In this document: positions 11,613 through 23,019 of the stretch, one piece after another
Layout of the letters: every line of letters begins with the position of its first letter
Position numbering within the stretch: position 1 is the stretch's first letter
Assembly: GCA_964106915.2 (NCBI GenBank)
Contig: OZ066925.1
Strand: one strand, 5' to 3'
From: Podarcis gaigeae
Taxonomy: Eukaryota
Length of the DNA stretch: 64,000 nt
Translations under genes and position numbers: made by a program
The notes under the pieces: model-generated
Told to the model about the DNA's origin: nothing
Databases searched by the model: none
The model's input: the letters and a program-made list of their open reading frames with translations, nothing else

Positions 11613-13433
11613 CTAAATCCCAAAGAGAAATTATTGAAAGCGAGAAATAGTGATGAAAAAATATATCCTTTATAAAGCCATAGAATTCTGAAACTCAATT
11701 CAAAACCAATACTTTTATGAACTTTAGTTCATAAAACACTTTTAACTGCTTGATATAAAATCTGCTAAGGCACAGCACTGCGGAAGTCCTTTAATAAAAA
11801 TCCAAAACAAGTATTGGAACAAATTAAGCAGCATTTTCAGTATCTAATAGTCACATGACAAAAAGCCTAACTAGCCTGCATTCTCACACTTTTTCTTTGG
11901 GATTTGTTCGTATCAATTTATAAAATATAATGGAAAATAAGACTTGCTTTTGCTTAAATCTCATATAACAGAAATAATTTATGCTTCTAAAATGCCTTAT
12001 TCCAAAGGCATAAACTACTGCTTAATCTGCATTTTCAAATTTTACTTTAGTCCAAAGTAAAGCAAAGCAAAGGTTCCAATATTGTTTATTACTATGCAGG
12101 TGCATTTTGTTAAAGGTTAGTAAGGCCCTACATTGCTGACCTTAGAACAGGGGTGGGGAAACCTGTGGCCTGTCGGAAATTGGCCAAGCTATCTGAAATT
12201 GATGGAAATTTGAACCCAGCAGCTTCTGGAATACCACAGGCTTCCCTGCCCCAGCTCTACAGCAATATTTATGCAATACAACAAAAAGGAGAAAAGGGGA
12301 AAGGGAGATAAAATACTCATATTTTTAATGGTTTTATTTTAACTTTACACACTTGAAATATTCCGTTTTGGGAAAGATGCATTAATGTGTGACACAGCAG
12401 AAGTGTTGGGTTAGCAATGACAAGGCTAAATGGAATAAATATATTTTATTCAAGGGTGGGGAAGGGGACTGATGGAAAGCAAGGTCTGTGGGGGGAAAAT
12501 GGGAGGAAAAATTGCTTCAGACATTTGTCTCCCCTCTCCAGCATCTCTGGTGTACGAATGGAGCTCTTGATGCACACATGATGCTTGATGCAAGCCAGAA
12601 CATTCCCTAGCATGGAAACAGAGGACGGCCTCTGCTTAGGCAGAGCATCGTGTGAGCACTGAAGAACTGAAAAGCTCTGGGCTGCAGCCAGTAAGTGGGA
12701 ATGTAGGGAGGAGAAAAACTTATGTTAAAATAAGCCTAGGTGTTCTGGTAACTTTGTAAGGGTTGCAAAGTTGGCAGTATTTGAGGAAAGTGCTGGAGCA
12801 CAGACAGTGTTCTGAAATTAAGAACGGGAGTGTGCATTTTCAGCAGTGGCCCACCCTAAATTAACTAAAATCAACATCAGGGAGCTTTACATGTCTTTGA
12901 ACCAAAACTACCCTATCCAGTGATGTAACTGCATATTCAGCAGTGCATTGGTGAGGCAAAAATGATTAAAGGAAATGAGAGGGTGCACCATTTATGAAGA
13001 TGGCCCACGGTTGCCAAACACTCTGTTTAAGAGAATGTTTGGCAACTTAACAATCAAGCTTCTCAACTGATGGTAGCAGCTGTATTAATCTACATATCTG
13101 AACCCACAGACGTTTCACTCACTCTGCCCTATTTTACAGTGCTGGCTTGCAAGTATCACTAAGCCATGGTTTAGCATTACGTGTATAAGGTGAAATGACC
13201 CCAAGCAAGATTTGGGCTTGCACAGGGTCCATGTGTCCAGAAGGACTTTGGTCAGGATTATGTTCTTATGTACTCCTTCCTAGGTTATTTTTTTTTCATT
13301 CTTCCAAATAAAAAGAAAGGCAACACTATTAAGCATAACTGTTACCTCACACTTTGCCTAGTCTGATCATGTTTAAATGAGGCGGCTCAAAATGGAACCA
13401 AGTCTAATGTGCGTTACTTCAATGCATTCTTAC

Positions 13434-13595
13434 CTTGAAAAATGATTGCTTTATGTCTTGTCCCAATCTTTCTGACATTTTGCCCATGTTGTCTGACATT
13501 TTAGTCATCCCCTCTGCGAAGCTGTCAGGGAAGGACTTGACAGCATTTGAAACATTTCTCATAGAGTTACGCAGTGGGTTTACAAATGTGTCCAT
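13434..13595 (-). CDS. SNX13: SNX13 exon 21 (162 nt)
   Basis: cag|ATGGAC...TTCAAG|gtaaga; MDTFVNPLRNSMRNVSNAVKSFPDSFAEGMTKMSDNMGKMSERLGQDIKQSFFK. Confidence 0.96.
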
Positions 13596-15045
13596 CTGAA
13601 GAGGAAAACATTTACCACGATTGCATAAATCTATGAGGATATGACTCGTCATCCAATAATGTGTGTTGAAAACATCACACTGTTTTGGAGAGCAGTAATA
13701 CAAAGCCATTACTACGAAAAAAATATTACTGTGTTAATTTCAGGCATCAGTAAGGGTAATTTTGTAAAATACATGCCCTGACTTTGAAAACAATCAAAAC
13801 TGAGAGAAATGTCATCCACAGACAGCAAGTTTCTTGGGAAAGGGATTTGCTTTTGTAACATTACTATGCAAAGTACCATGTTTACTGGTGCTGAATAATA
13901 TTAATGGAATGGAAGCTAGAGAGATCCTGCTCAAACCGAAGACATCTCCACCCACACAGGGGGAGGTCTCAGATTTTCCCCTCCAGTTGTATCCCCCCAA
14001 CCCAAAGTTCATACTGTTCCAAAAAGTCCCAACACCCTTAAGAGCAGCTTTTTGGGAAGCTGCAACAAAAAGAAAATGAGAAAATAAAAGGGAGAGGAGA
14101 GAGAGAAAGAGCGAGAGAGCGCACACTAAATTAAAGTGTTCATACATTGAAGTGTACACACCAGCTACTGGGGATAATAGACCCTTGCCCTTGAAGCAGA
14201 AAAATGTTATCCTGTGTGCATTTATTTGTTATTTTGAAAGAGTAAGATTGTGTGGTGTTAGTAAAAATCTATTAAGAATTTAAATGACGGCTACACATTC
14301 CAATTAACAAAGCACTGCTGCTGAAGATGGTAGCCGTATGTGGTCTTCCTCCACCTCTGTAATGCATCAAAGAACTAAAAAGAACTAATCTAAGTTTTAA
14401 TACTACACATCAGCCAGCCCCATCAGCCTATAATATGGGGGGGCAGGGGGGCAATAATTATGTACATCAAAACATAGATTATTTTGTACTATACATAATA
14501 CAGGTAAATAATGTGAAATGGGCACATTGTTTCTGATAGATCTTAATGTGTGATTCTATATTACTGGTTTACTTATAATGTAATCTATATAGTTGTTCTA
14601 AGCATTATTATCCACACTGCTAGAGTATGTTCCCTGCCAAGCTAGAGTCCCTGTTTTGGTCCAAGAATCTAAAAAAAGAAAAGAAAAAAGTTGTTGTTTT
14701 TTAAATGAGAACTATGTTATTTGCTGATTTCTGTTGCTTGCATATATCTAAAATCCATTACAACTCAAAATATATATAGTAATGTGCCTCATCCAAGACT
14801 TGTAATACAGTGGGCATGTTTCCGAAGTGGTCATGAGCTGTTTGTAAATCAACTGTTTGGGAGGAGGCAAGGACAAATGCCTGTGCCCAAGAGTTTTTCC
14901 AAGTGAGCAAATATAATTGATGGGACACCTAAGAACCTAGAAAAATGTAGCATCAAGCCTATTCACACCTCTAAAGCCAGCCAATTACAGCCTGGTGTGA
15001 AATTAGACTTCCCTTTCCAGATGGATGCTCAAGTATTCTCTAGAG

Positions 15046-15181
15046 CAGTGTTTCCCAACCTTGTGCCTCCAGATGTTTTTGGCCTACAACTCCCATCATC
15101 CCTAGCTAGCAAGACCAGTGGTCAGGGATGATGGGAGTTGTAGGCCAAAAACATCTGGAGGCACAAGGTTGGGAAACACTG
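15046..15181. mobile_element. hAT-type MITE (136 bp, fold-back)
   Basis: 58-bp perfect inverted arms starting CAGTGTTTCCCAACC, with a 20-nt spacer. 8-bp TSD CTCTAGAG at 15038-15045 and 15182-15189. Confidence 0.93.
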
Positions 15182-16915
15182 CTCTAGAGCATTTGGCTGA
15201 TTGGCCAGGTATGGCTTTTATTGCAACGAAACTCCACTGACAGCTTCAATTGTTGCGGCTGCCTCTAAAGACTGCTTGGAAACTACAACTGGGGGAAAAT
15301 ATAGCTGCTAGATGGTCAATTGGTTCTAACATGAGAGAACAGAGAACAGTTAAAGAACAGTGTCAAAAGGCAAATGAATTGATATTGATTTATATATAAT
15401 TTTGTCTTTATCTAACATTTTTATATGTAACAGTGTTTTTTTCTTTAGGTTGTTTGTTGTTGCTTCATTTTTTTGCACACCACTTAGAGATATTTTTATA
15501 TATTAAACTGTATAGAAATTAAATAACCAATCTATCTATATTGGCTACTTATTTGTTTCTAGGCACAATTTTAAGTGCTGTTTCTGACCGTCAAAGCCCT
15601 AAGTAGTCTGGGACTGAAAAGCATGACATCTACCTCAACACCTTTTTCTGAGGACTTGGTCTGAGTGTTTCTGCTTCTTGAGGTGTTGGCAGTGGCTAGA
15701 GAGAGGGGCTTTTTATTACCCCTAATTTGTGGAATGTCCTACGTTTGCTTGCCTGCCAGAAAATGGGTAGGAATGGTTTTTTTCCCTTAGTTTTTATTAG
15801 AGTTTGATGCTTGCTGTTGCTACCCAACAAAATTTGCCTAGTGTTTTTTTTTAAATCCATTAACATTTTGTTGTGGTTTTGTCAATATGTTGTTGTGTCC
15901 CTATTGTATGTTAGCTATCTTAAGAATCCTTGTGGGATAAATGTATAAAATACATTTGGATTTAAAGCCCACCATCTTTTTAAGGCAGAAGCACTGTGAT
16001 TCCTGAAGAGACAACATGGTCCTCAGTCTAGCCCTCAAGGGTTTCTGGGCAAAGGCTCGCTCTTTTTGGCCAAACAAGAAAACCACATATTTTAAAGTGG
16101 CATGCAAATGAGCTGAAAGGAACTGTACAAACCATGGCACAATATGAATATACACTAATTTAACTGTTCCGTTCAAATGAAAAAGTTTAAGAACAACAGG
16201 GGTTCAGTCTCCAGGAAGTTACAGAAGCTTGAATCACTTTAGACACATGTATTTTAGTTCAACCTCTACTTAAATTTAATTTTTTTAGAATAGCACAGAA
16301 AGCTGTGCCTAATTTATAGAAAGGAATTGTGAGGGCAAAAGGGCTAAGTAAGCGTGTAAAATCTGCAAGTTGATCTACTTCAAGCACAATTACTAAATGA
16401 TCAACTTTGACAAAGTGCTGCATTTTAAAATTTGGCGCTTAGCTCCTTTTGCTCTTTGATGTGAAACAGCCTCAAAAACCAGTTTTAGAGGGAGACATGC
16501 ATTCTCTCTTTTGAGCAGGTGGTTGGAGTCATGAAGCATGTGGTGCCTGGAATGGGCAGAGGATTTTAGGGTAAATAAAAGGGAAGGGATATTTACATCT
16601 TTCAACACTAGGTGCATCTCAGGCTTGATAGCAAACTTATAAACAATACAGAAACTTTTTGCATTACAACAATTCTCTTACGCAAGTTTGGCTTCTTTGC
16701 CGATAAATAAATGCTTCTGTTTCAAAAAACAACAACAACCCCTTATTTGCATACTGCATTTATACCACGTGTCCATTCATATATAAATCACGTAATACAA
16801 GCTAAACAACAAAGGACATACAATATGAACAACAGATTATGTTGATTGATTGTGCACAATGTTGTAGGACGACAGCCATCACTGAGCCCTGCTAGACAAC
16901 AGATAATATTCTTAC

Positions 16916-17026
16916 CTTCCGAGCAATCTCTCCCTTTCCTTTACTGTATGCCTTGTTTTCCAAGAAGTCATACACACAGTGTATTAAAGCTGGATAACAT
17001 TTCATCACTTCAGGAGTTAACAAAAG
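16916..17026 (-). CDS. SNX13: SNX13 exon 20 (111 nt), end of PX
   Basis: tag|CTTTTG...CGGAAG|gtaaga; LLLTPEVMKCYPALIHCVYDFLENKAYSKGKGEIARK. Confidence 0.95.
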
Positions 17027-18117
17027 CTAAGAAGTAAAGGAGGCAGGTAATTTTGGAAGGTGAGCATTTTGGTTCTGAATGATAAAACACGTTACAGCAC
17101 AGGAGAAATAAGATGTTTTAAATGCTTTTGCATAGCTCCTGCTTCCTAAAAGAACTAGTAGTCCTTCTCCTAAGCAGAAATGGCTAGTTCAGTCCTTCCC
17201 CCATTCAAAAAAACCCAAACCCTCTCACGTTAGAAAGTACCTGTCAAATCTTATCAGTTTTGTCTGACATTTTGTGGGCTTTGTGCCCTCAGAACAAGCT
17301 AGTATGTCTGTACATTTATTCCAATTCCGTCTAAAAATATAAAGGTTACAGGCGTACCATTACTCTCACATTTTAAAGGCATCTTCCATAAAAGCAACTG
17401 AAACTGTGCCTAAAAGTAGAATTGGCCCTGACCTCTATGGTGTTATGGGGTCACTCGATTGGGCTGCAACTCCACTTTGATCACGAGGCAGGACCAAAGA
17501 CTCTTTGGGGAAGTGGGTGGCTCCCAAACAGTTTTATGGACTCCCAAACAGTTTTATGGACTCGACAAGCTCAAACGCTCATCGGAGTTTCAGGTAGTAA
17601 GGAAATAAAAGATGCCCACTTTCCCCTTAAACAACAGGGCATCGAACATGTAAGAAAATGAAGAGGCACATTGCAGTCCATATTAGGGAGTGGCCCTACT
17701 GACCCCATGGCGTCACAGAGACCTACACATCAGGTCAGTACCAATTGTACTATCTTCTACTAGTATCTTTTTGTCTTTTTTAGAAAATCTTTCTTTGAAG
17801 GATAGTGAATGGAAAGGAAATAAGATAAAGGTCTCACAAAGTTATGAAGGAATTGTAGAAAGAGGAAAAAATAGCTTGAGGAAATGTAAGAAAAACAGGA
17901 GCTTAAGGCGATGTGGTGGCTTTTATCAAGCAGCAGCAAAAAAACTGAATGGGAGCCGCCCACTTTCCCAGAATCTTTGCTCCTGCCTCGTGATCACGGT
18001 GGAGTCAGAGCCCAATCCAGTGACACCATGACGCCAGTAGAAGATTATGACATGTTTCATACCTTCAAAAAGAACTACTATGCCTGAAAACACTTTCAAT
18101 TGTAACATATCAAGTTA

Positions 18118-18314
18118 GCGTTCAGCCCGGACACTGAGGTCCAGCTCCGAGGGCCTTCTGGTGGTTTCTTCACTGTGAGAAGTGAAGTTACAGGGAACCA
18201 GGTCTGCAGAGGGCCTTCTTGGTAGTAGCGCCCACCCTGTGGAATGCCCTCCTGTCAGAGGTCAAGGAAATAAACAACTACCTGACTTTTAGAAAATATC
18301 TGAAGGCAGCCCTG
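18118..18314 (+). mobile_element. L2-like LINE 3' fragment
   Basis: GGGCCTTCT...GCGCCCACCCTGTGGAATGCCCTCC...CTGAAGGCAGCCCTG matches the RAFS-P-LWNALP end of L2 ORF2. Confidence 0.7.
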
Positions 18315-18399
18315 AACTTTGCTGCAAATTTTCAAGAGATCAAATTAGGAAAAAATTATTAATGCACACATAATGAAAAACTTGAATATAACAACATAC

Positions 18400-18507
18400 C
18401 TGCAAATATGCATTTAAATCATTCTTCCTTTTTTCTAAGAAGTCTCTGTCCATGTTGTTGAATGTTTTTTTACCAGGAAGCTTTAACATACTTCCTAGAT
18501 TTTCAAA
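18400..18507 (-). CDS. SNX13: SNX13 exon 19 (108 nt), PX
   Basis: tag|TTTGAA...TTGCAG|gtatgt; FENLGSMLKLPGKKTFNNMDRDFLEKRKNDLNAYLQ. Confidence 0.95.
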
Positions 18508-18992
18508 CTAGAAAAGAACCCATAATTTTTTATTTTAAATATATATCTAACATCTACATCCAAACTGAATTACTATGCATTCATTTCATAAACACACTTC
18601 CAATCTATTTACTTTGTTTAAGAAATCAGGAAGAAGTTCCCTCACTCACCCCCAGAACTAACTGTGATGGGTAACATCTGGAATGTTACATCTGCACCAA
18701 TGCTAAGAATGTTTAGCGTCAACTGGACAAGCGAACTTGTTTTAGACTGTACCACTTCGGGCTAACAATGTGGGTTCATGCAACTGAATGCTCAACCATG
18801 CAGAATAAAGGACCATTAGTCTTATCCATTTATCTGTGTACACAAGATACCCTTTACATACAGGAAATGAAAATGTCAAGGATAGATTTAGCTTAGGTTT
18901 CTTCCTGACACATTCTTTTTCCATATGTGTGTGAGCATACAAGATACTTCTCTGCACTGTAATGTGATCCTAAATATCAATTCTGTAGTAGT

Positions 18993-19407
18993 ATGAGAAC
19001 CTAGGAAGCTGCCTGATACCAAGTCAAACCATTGGTTCATTTGGATCAAGTGTAGCCAGTGTGATGCCCTCCAAATGTTTGTACTACATAATCTTTGACT
19101 ACTGGCCATGCTGACTGATGCTGATAGGAGTTGTAGTTCAAAACCTTTGGAGGGCATGACTCTTAACTGGCAACAGCTCTAAAGCAGGCATGGCCAAGCT
19201 GTTTTGGGACTACAACTCCCATAATCCCTAGCTAACAGGACCAGTGGTCAGGGATGATGGGAATTGTAGTCCCAAAACAGCTGGAGGGCCAAGTTTGGCC
19301 ATGCCTGCTCTAAAGGATTTCAGATGGGGGTCTTTCCCACCCATACCTGGAATTACTAGGGACAGAATCTGAAACCAAAACATAAATTACCACTGAACTA
19401 AAAGCTC
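18993..19407 (-). mobile_element. Degenerate tRNA-derived squamate SINE (Squam3-like) split by two MITE insertions
   Basis: GAACCTAGGAAGCTGCCTGATACCAAGTCAAACCATTGG...CCATACCTGG...ACCACTGAACTA resembles the reverse complement of a common lizard SINE (recalled). Confidence 0.55.
19185..19307. mobile_element. hAT-type MITE related to 15046-15181
   Basis: TIR CAGGCATGGCCAA/TTGGCCATGCCTG and 8-bp TSD CTCTAAAG (19177-19184, 19308-19315). Shares the core CCTAGCTA.CA.GACCAGTGGTCAGGGATGATGGGA. Confidence 0.9.
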
Positions 19408-19663
19408 ATTTAAATTAGCAATGCAGCTGAAGTTTGGAACAGGATTGTTTGGGATATTAACTTACTTTATTCTGAGGTCACTACAAGCCAAACCATAACT
19501 TCTCCTAAGTTTGGACTTAGCTTATAGTTAGTTGATCCCAGCTCCAGTAGATTATCAGGAGCACAGACCAGCTAAGCTCACTGAATCTCTTTCATCACTA
19601 ATTTAAATTAATTGAGGAAGCCACCTGCTCTTTCCAGAAACACATTTTAACTGCAAATATTAC

Positions 19664-19836
19664 CTGCTCAGTAATCCTCATGTGGAAGTCATGGAAGTCA
19701 CTGTAGCGACGATATGTTTTCCATACTTCGTCACCATTTGGGGTTCGACGACGAACACTGATAGCGTATAGCGCGTATGTCTTGCCGTGGTCATTGCAAA
19801 CTCCTGCCACAGTATATGGGTCATAATCAGCATAAA
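19664..19836 (-). CDS. SNX13: SNX13 exon 18, PX domain (173 nt long form; 140 nt short form using the acceptor at 19803)
   Basis: tag|TTTATG or cag|GAGTTT ... GAGCAG|gtaata; VYADYDPYTVAGVCNDHGKTYALYAISVRRRTPNGDEVWKTYRRYSDFHDFHMRITEQ, with the PX RRYSDF motif. Confidence 0.95.
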
Positions 19837-20306
19837 CTAGCAATTTAAAACAAAAAACGAAGGAAGAAGAAAGGAACACAAAAGAGGAAGGCGAAAGGGC
19901 AGAAGAGACATGAAATGAAGAGATGTTGGAAATGACAAGGAAGTGGAGACAAAATGGGCATGCAAACTGAGGAAGAAAACAAACTGCCTTGCTCTGTGTA
20001 TGAAATCATAGCATCCTATAATCAAGCGATAATTCAGCAAAATGTTCTTGTCTATATCAGAACAGTCCAACCGGAAACCGGGGGACTGCATGCAGCCTTC
20101 AAAGCCTTTTGGGGCAGCCCTTGACAACATTTGACACCCCTTTCAACCCTTGTGCTGCCTTCCCAAAGTTGGGTTAGCTAGGTGCTGAGCTCTGGGAAGG
20201 AGGCGTGGTGGCTCTGACAGGGTCCTAGAGTCCTCCATTCTCCTCCCCAAAGTCTAATTTGGGAAGGAGGTGGGAGGGCTCTATTTGTACAATCAAATGC
20301 TATATA

Positions 20307-20570
20307 CAGTGGTGCCCCGCAAGACGAATGCCTCGCAAAACGAAAAACGCGCAAGACGAAAGAGTTTTTCGGTTTTTGCGTCGCTTCACAAGACGAATTT
20401 CCCTATGGGCTTGCTTCGCAAGACGAAAACGTCTTGCGAGTTTGTTCGCTTTTTTCCTAAAGCCGCTTGAAGAGGCACAGTTGCGACGGACCGTGCTTTG
20501 CAAGACGGAAAACATCGCAAGACGAAAAGACTCGCAGAACGAATTAATTTCGTCTTACGAGGCACCACTG
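20307..20570. mobile_element. Tc1/mariner (Tigger/pogo-like) MITE, CpG-rich
   Basis: TA|CAGTGGTGCCCCGCAAGACGAA ... TTCGTCTTACGAGGCACCACTG|TA, with internal repeats of CAAGACGAA. Confidence 0.9.
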
Positions 20571-21026
20571 TACCAGAGTAACAGTATATGATGCAGCTGC
20601 ATACAAGTTATTTCATTCATTTCTGGCAGTGAAGTCACATAAGATTTACTGAATGGACACAGGCATACAGGTCATTTATTTCTTCTGACTCCTATGATGT
20701 ACCTGGGCAGGTACCTGAAAAGGGGTACCAACAACAGGAGGTTGATCCCACTACTCCATTGTTGGTTTAGGTTGTATCTGTAGCTACTTAGGAACTGGAT
20801 ATGTCAAACTAACTGAAGCTGTATGTGGTAAATATATGAGATTTGAAAGCTAGAGAGCAACAACTGTCATATATAGAATATAAACTTTTTGGGGGCGAGG
20901 GGAACACACACCAAATGAAGAATTCCTGACTCCTAGGATCACAGAAGCTGGTTGTCTCTGTAAAGCTGTCATATTCAGTGGTTATTACCAATAACAGAAT
21001 ATGAAGTGTAGTGATAGATGCTATCT

Positions 21027-21179
21027 TATTTTTAAAAGACATCTGAAAGCAGCCCTGTTTAGGGAAGTTTTTAATATTTAATGCTGTATTGTTTTTAACA
21101 CTCGATTGGGAGCTGCCCAGAGTGGCTGGGGAAACTTAGCACGATGGGCGGGGTATAAATAATAATAATTATTATTATT
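21027..21179 (+). mobile_element. L2-like 3' terminus with AT-rich tail
   Basis: CATCTGAAAGCAGCCCTGTTTAGGGAAG...GATGGGCGGGGTATAAATAATAATAATTATTATTATT; similar to 18290-18314 and to the tail at ~50300. Confidence 0.7.
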
Positions 21180-22349
21180 TAGCAACTATAGGCATCTTCC
21201 CACTTGTGTACAACCAGCACGAGTACCCCAGCTGATACACCCACTGTTTTCAGTGCCAAAAAGGGGGCAGAACAGGAGAACCCCCTCTCAGCAGCCAGGA
21301 AGGGAACCCCCACGTAAGTGGTGATTCCCCTGTAACATCAGGCCATTTAACTTACGGGCATGTTTCAGTTTCAATTTTAGGCATATTTTCATTTCCAGCT
21401 CTTTTTATATTGGAATCCAACTTACTGCTAAGGCAATCGTTCCATCAATAATTTCTGCTTGTGAAATTTGTCCTTCCATGCACCCCTAAATCTGTTTGAG
21501 AGGTTCCTCCAAACTTCTGGAGCAGATCTGGGGATGGGGGGGGGGCAAGAGTCCTACTGTGTAAGTGGACATCCTTGTTACTGGAATACCACAAATAGAT
21601 TCAACACTTTAAAGAGAGTTTCAAATCACAACTGAAAAATTGGCTGCTAGTATTCATGCCTGGAATGAAAAGAGCTGTTCCCCCATCGAGATAGATCTGA
21701 AGACCTCTTTATTGTTTAAGAAAAATATCTGAGTGTGCTATAATAATACAGATGTTTGCTTAATGTAAATAGAAGGTGAATGTTAGATGTGAACAAATGA
21801 AATTATGGTGCAATACATGCAATTTAATGGTGACATTACTGTACATTAAATGAAAATGAAACAAACAGTCTTATATTGAATAGTCTAAGACATTCATGGA
21901 ATTTCAACACAACTAAATGACATTTTAATAATACAGGGGGGGAAATCCAAAATTAGAATGGCTTAGGAGCCAAGGAACTCCACATAATTCCATAACCCCC
22001 AAGAAGCCTATAGGTTTGCCTGGAAAACTGCTTTGAAACTAAGGGAAGTTTCAAAAGGTTTGAATGAGTGGTGTGGCAGATGCTCAAGAAAAAATAAGCT
22101 TTTAAAATCTATGGGGATACATCAAGCCCCTTCATGAGCCTTAAGCACTTCTTTGTTCTTGGGGTTTGTGAATACCAATAACCACACCAAGCAAGCAGAG
22201 ATCATGAGGACAAAATGGTTACGGCGGAAAGTAATGTTTAAAAGAGGTACATGACGGCAGAGTTAATCAAGGTTTATGAAGAAAAGGAACACAACAGCCA
22301 TGATAGTACGACCAAATATTGAAAGAGAAAGCATCACTACTGAACTCAC

Positions 22350-22419
22350 CGGTATCTGAAATATATGCATGTAATTGTATTGTCTCATCGGCAGGCACAT
22401 TTGAAAGATCATCCAATGA
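22350..22419 (-). CDS. SNX13: SNX13 exon 17 (70 nt)
   Basis: tag|TCATTG...ACCG|gtgagt; SLDDLSNVPADETIQLHAYISDT. Confidence 0.94.
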
Positions 22420-23019
22420 CTAGAAGAAGAATAGCCAGAGTCACAATTTTAGCAAGAATGACAAACTGCTTTGACAGACCAGGAGCCAATATTGTGCAGC
22501 ATTTTATTCCTGAAAGCCTACAGTGGATGCCTCTACAACTTTGCAAGTAAAGATCAAAAATGGAAGTCAAACTCCATGATTGTCCTTGGCACCCAGTATT
22601 CAGATGTATATTTTCCCTGGATATGGAGGTTCCACTTAGGTATCACAGCTACAAGTAGCCAATAGACCTATCCTTGAACAATTCCTTCTTAAGGTTGGTA
22701 TCTAAATTGTATCTACACAATACTGAGAACGAGGTCTTCATTTGGAATGCTATCACTTGAGATTGTAGAGGGAAAGCCATATTTCTGGATGCTTTCTAAG
22801 TAAAAACAGAATGTCCTCCAGGCAGTAAACTAGCTTGCCTGAAAGAAAGGTTACCATATCTCTCACCTTGATATGTTAATAAACTAGCTTCAAAATAAAT
22901 CACTAGAAATAAAAATTAAAAATCCCCACCAATTAAGTCCCACCAGCATCAATTAAATTTGCTTCTCATTAATTAAATAAGTAAAGCTTTAATTACATAA
23001 TCTCTCAATTAAACAATTA

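Noticed and set aside
20259-20591. Four overlapping Arg/Lys-rich ORFs
   Set aside because: By-product of a GC-rich, stop-poor Tigger-like MITE.
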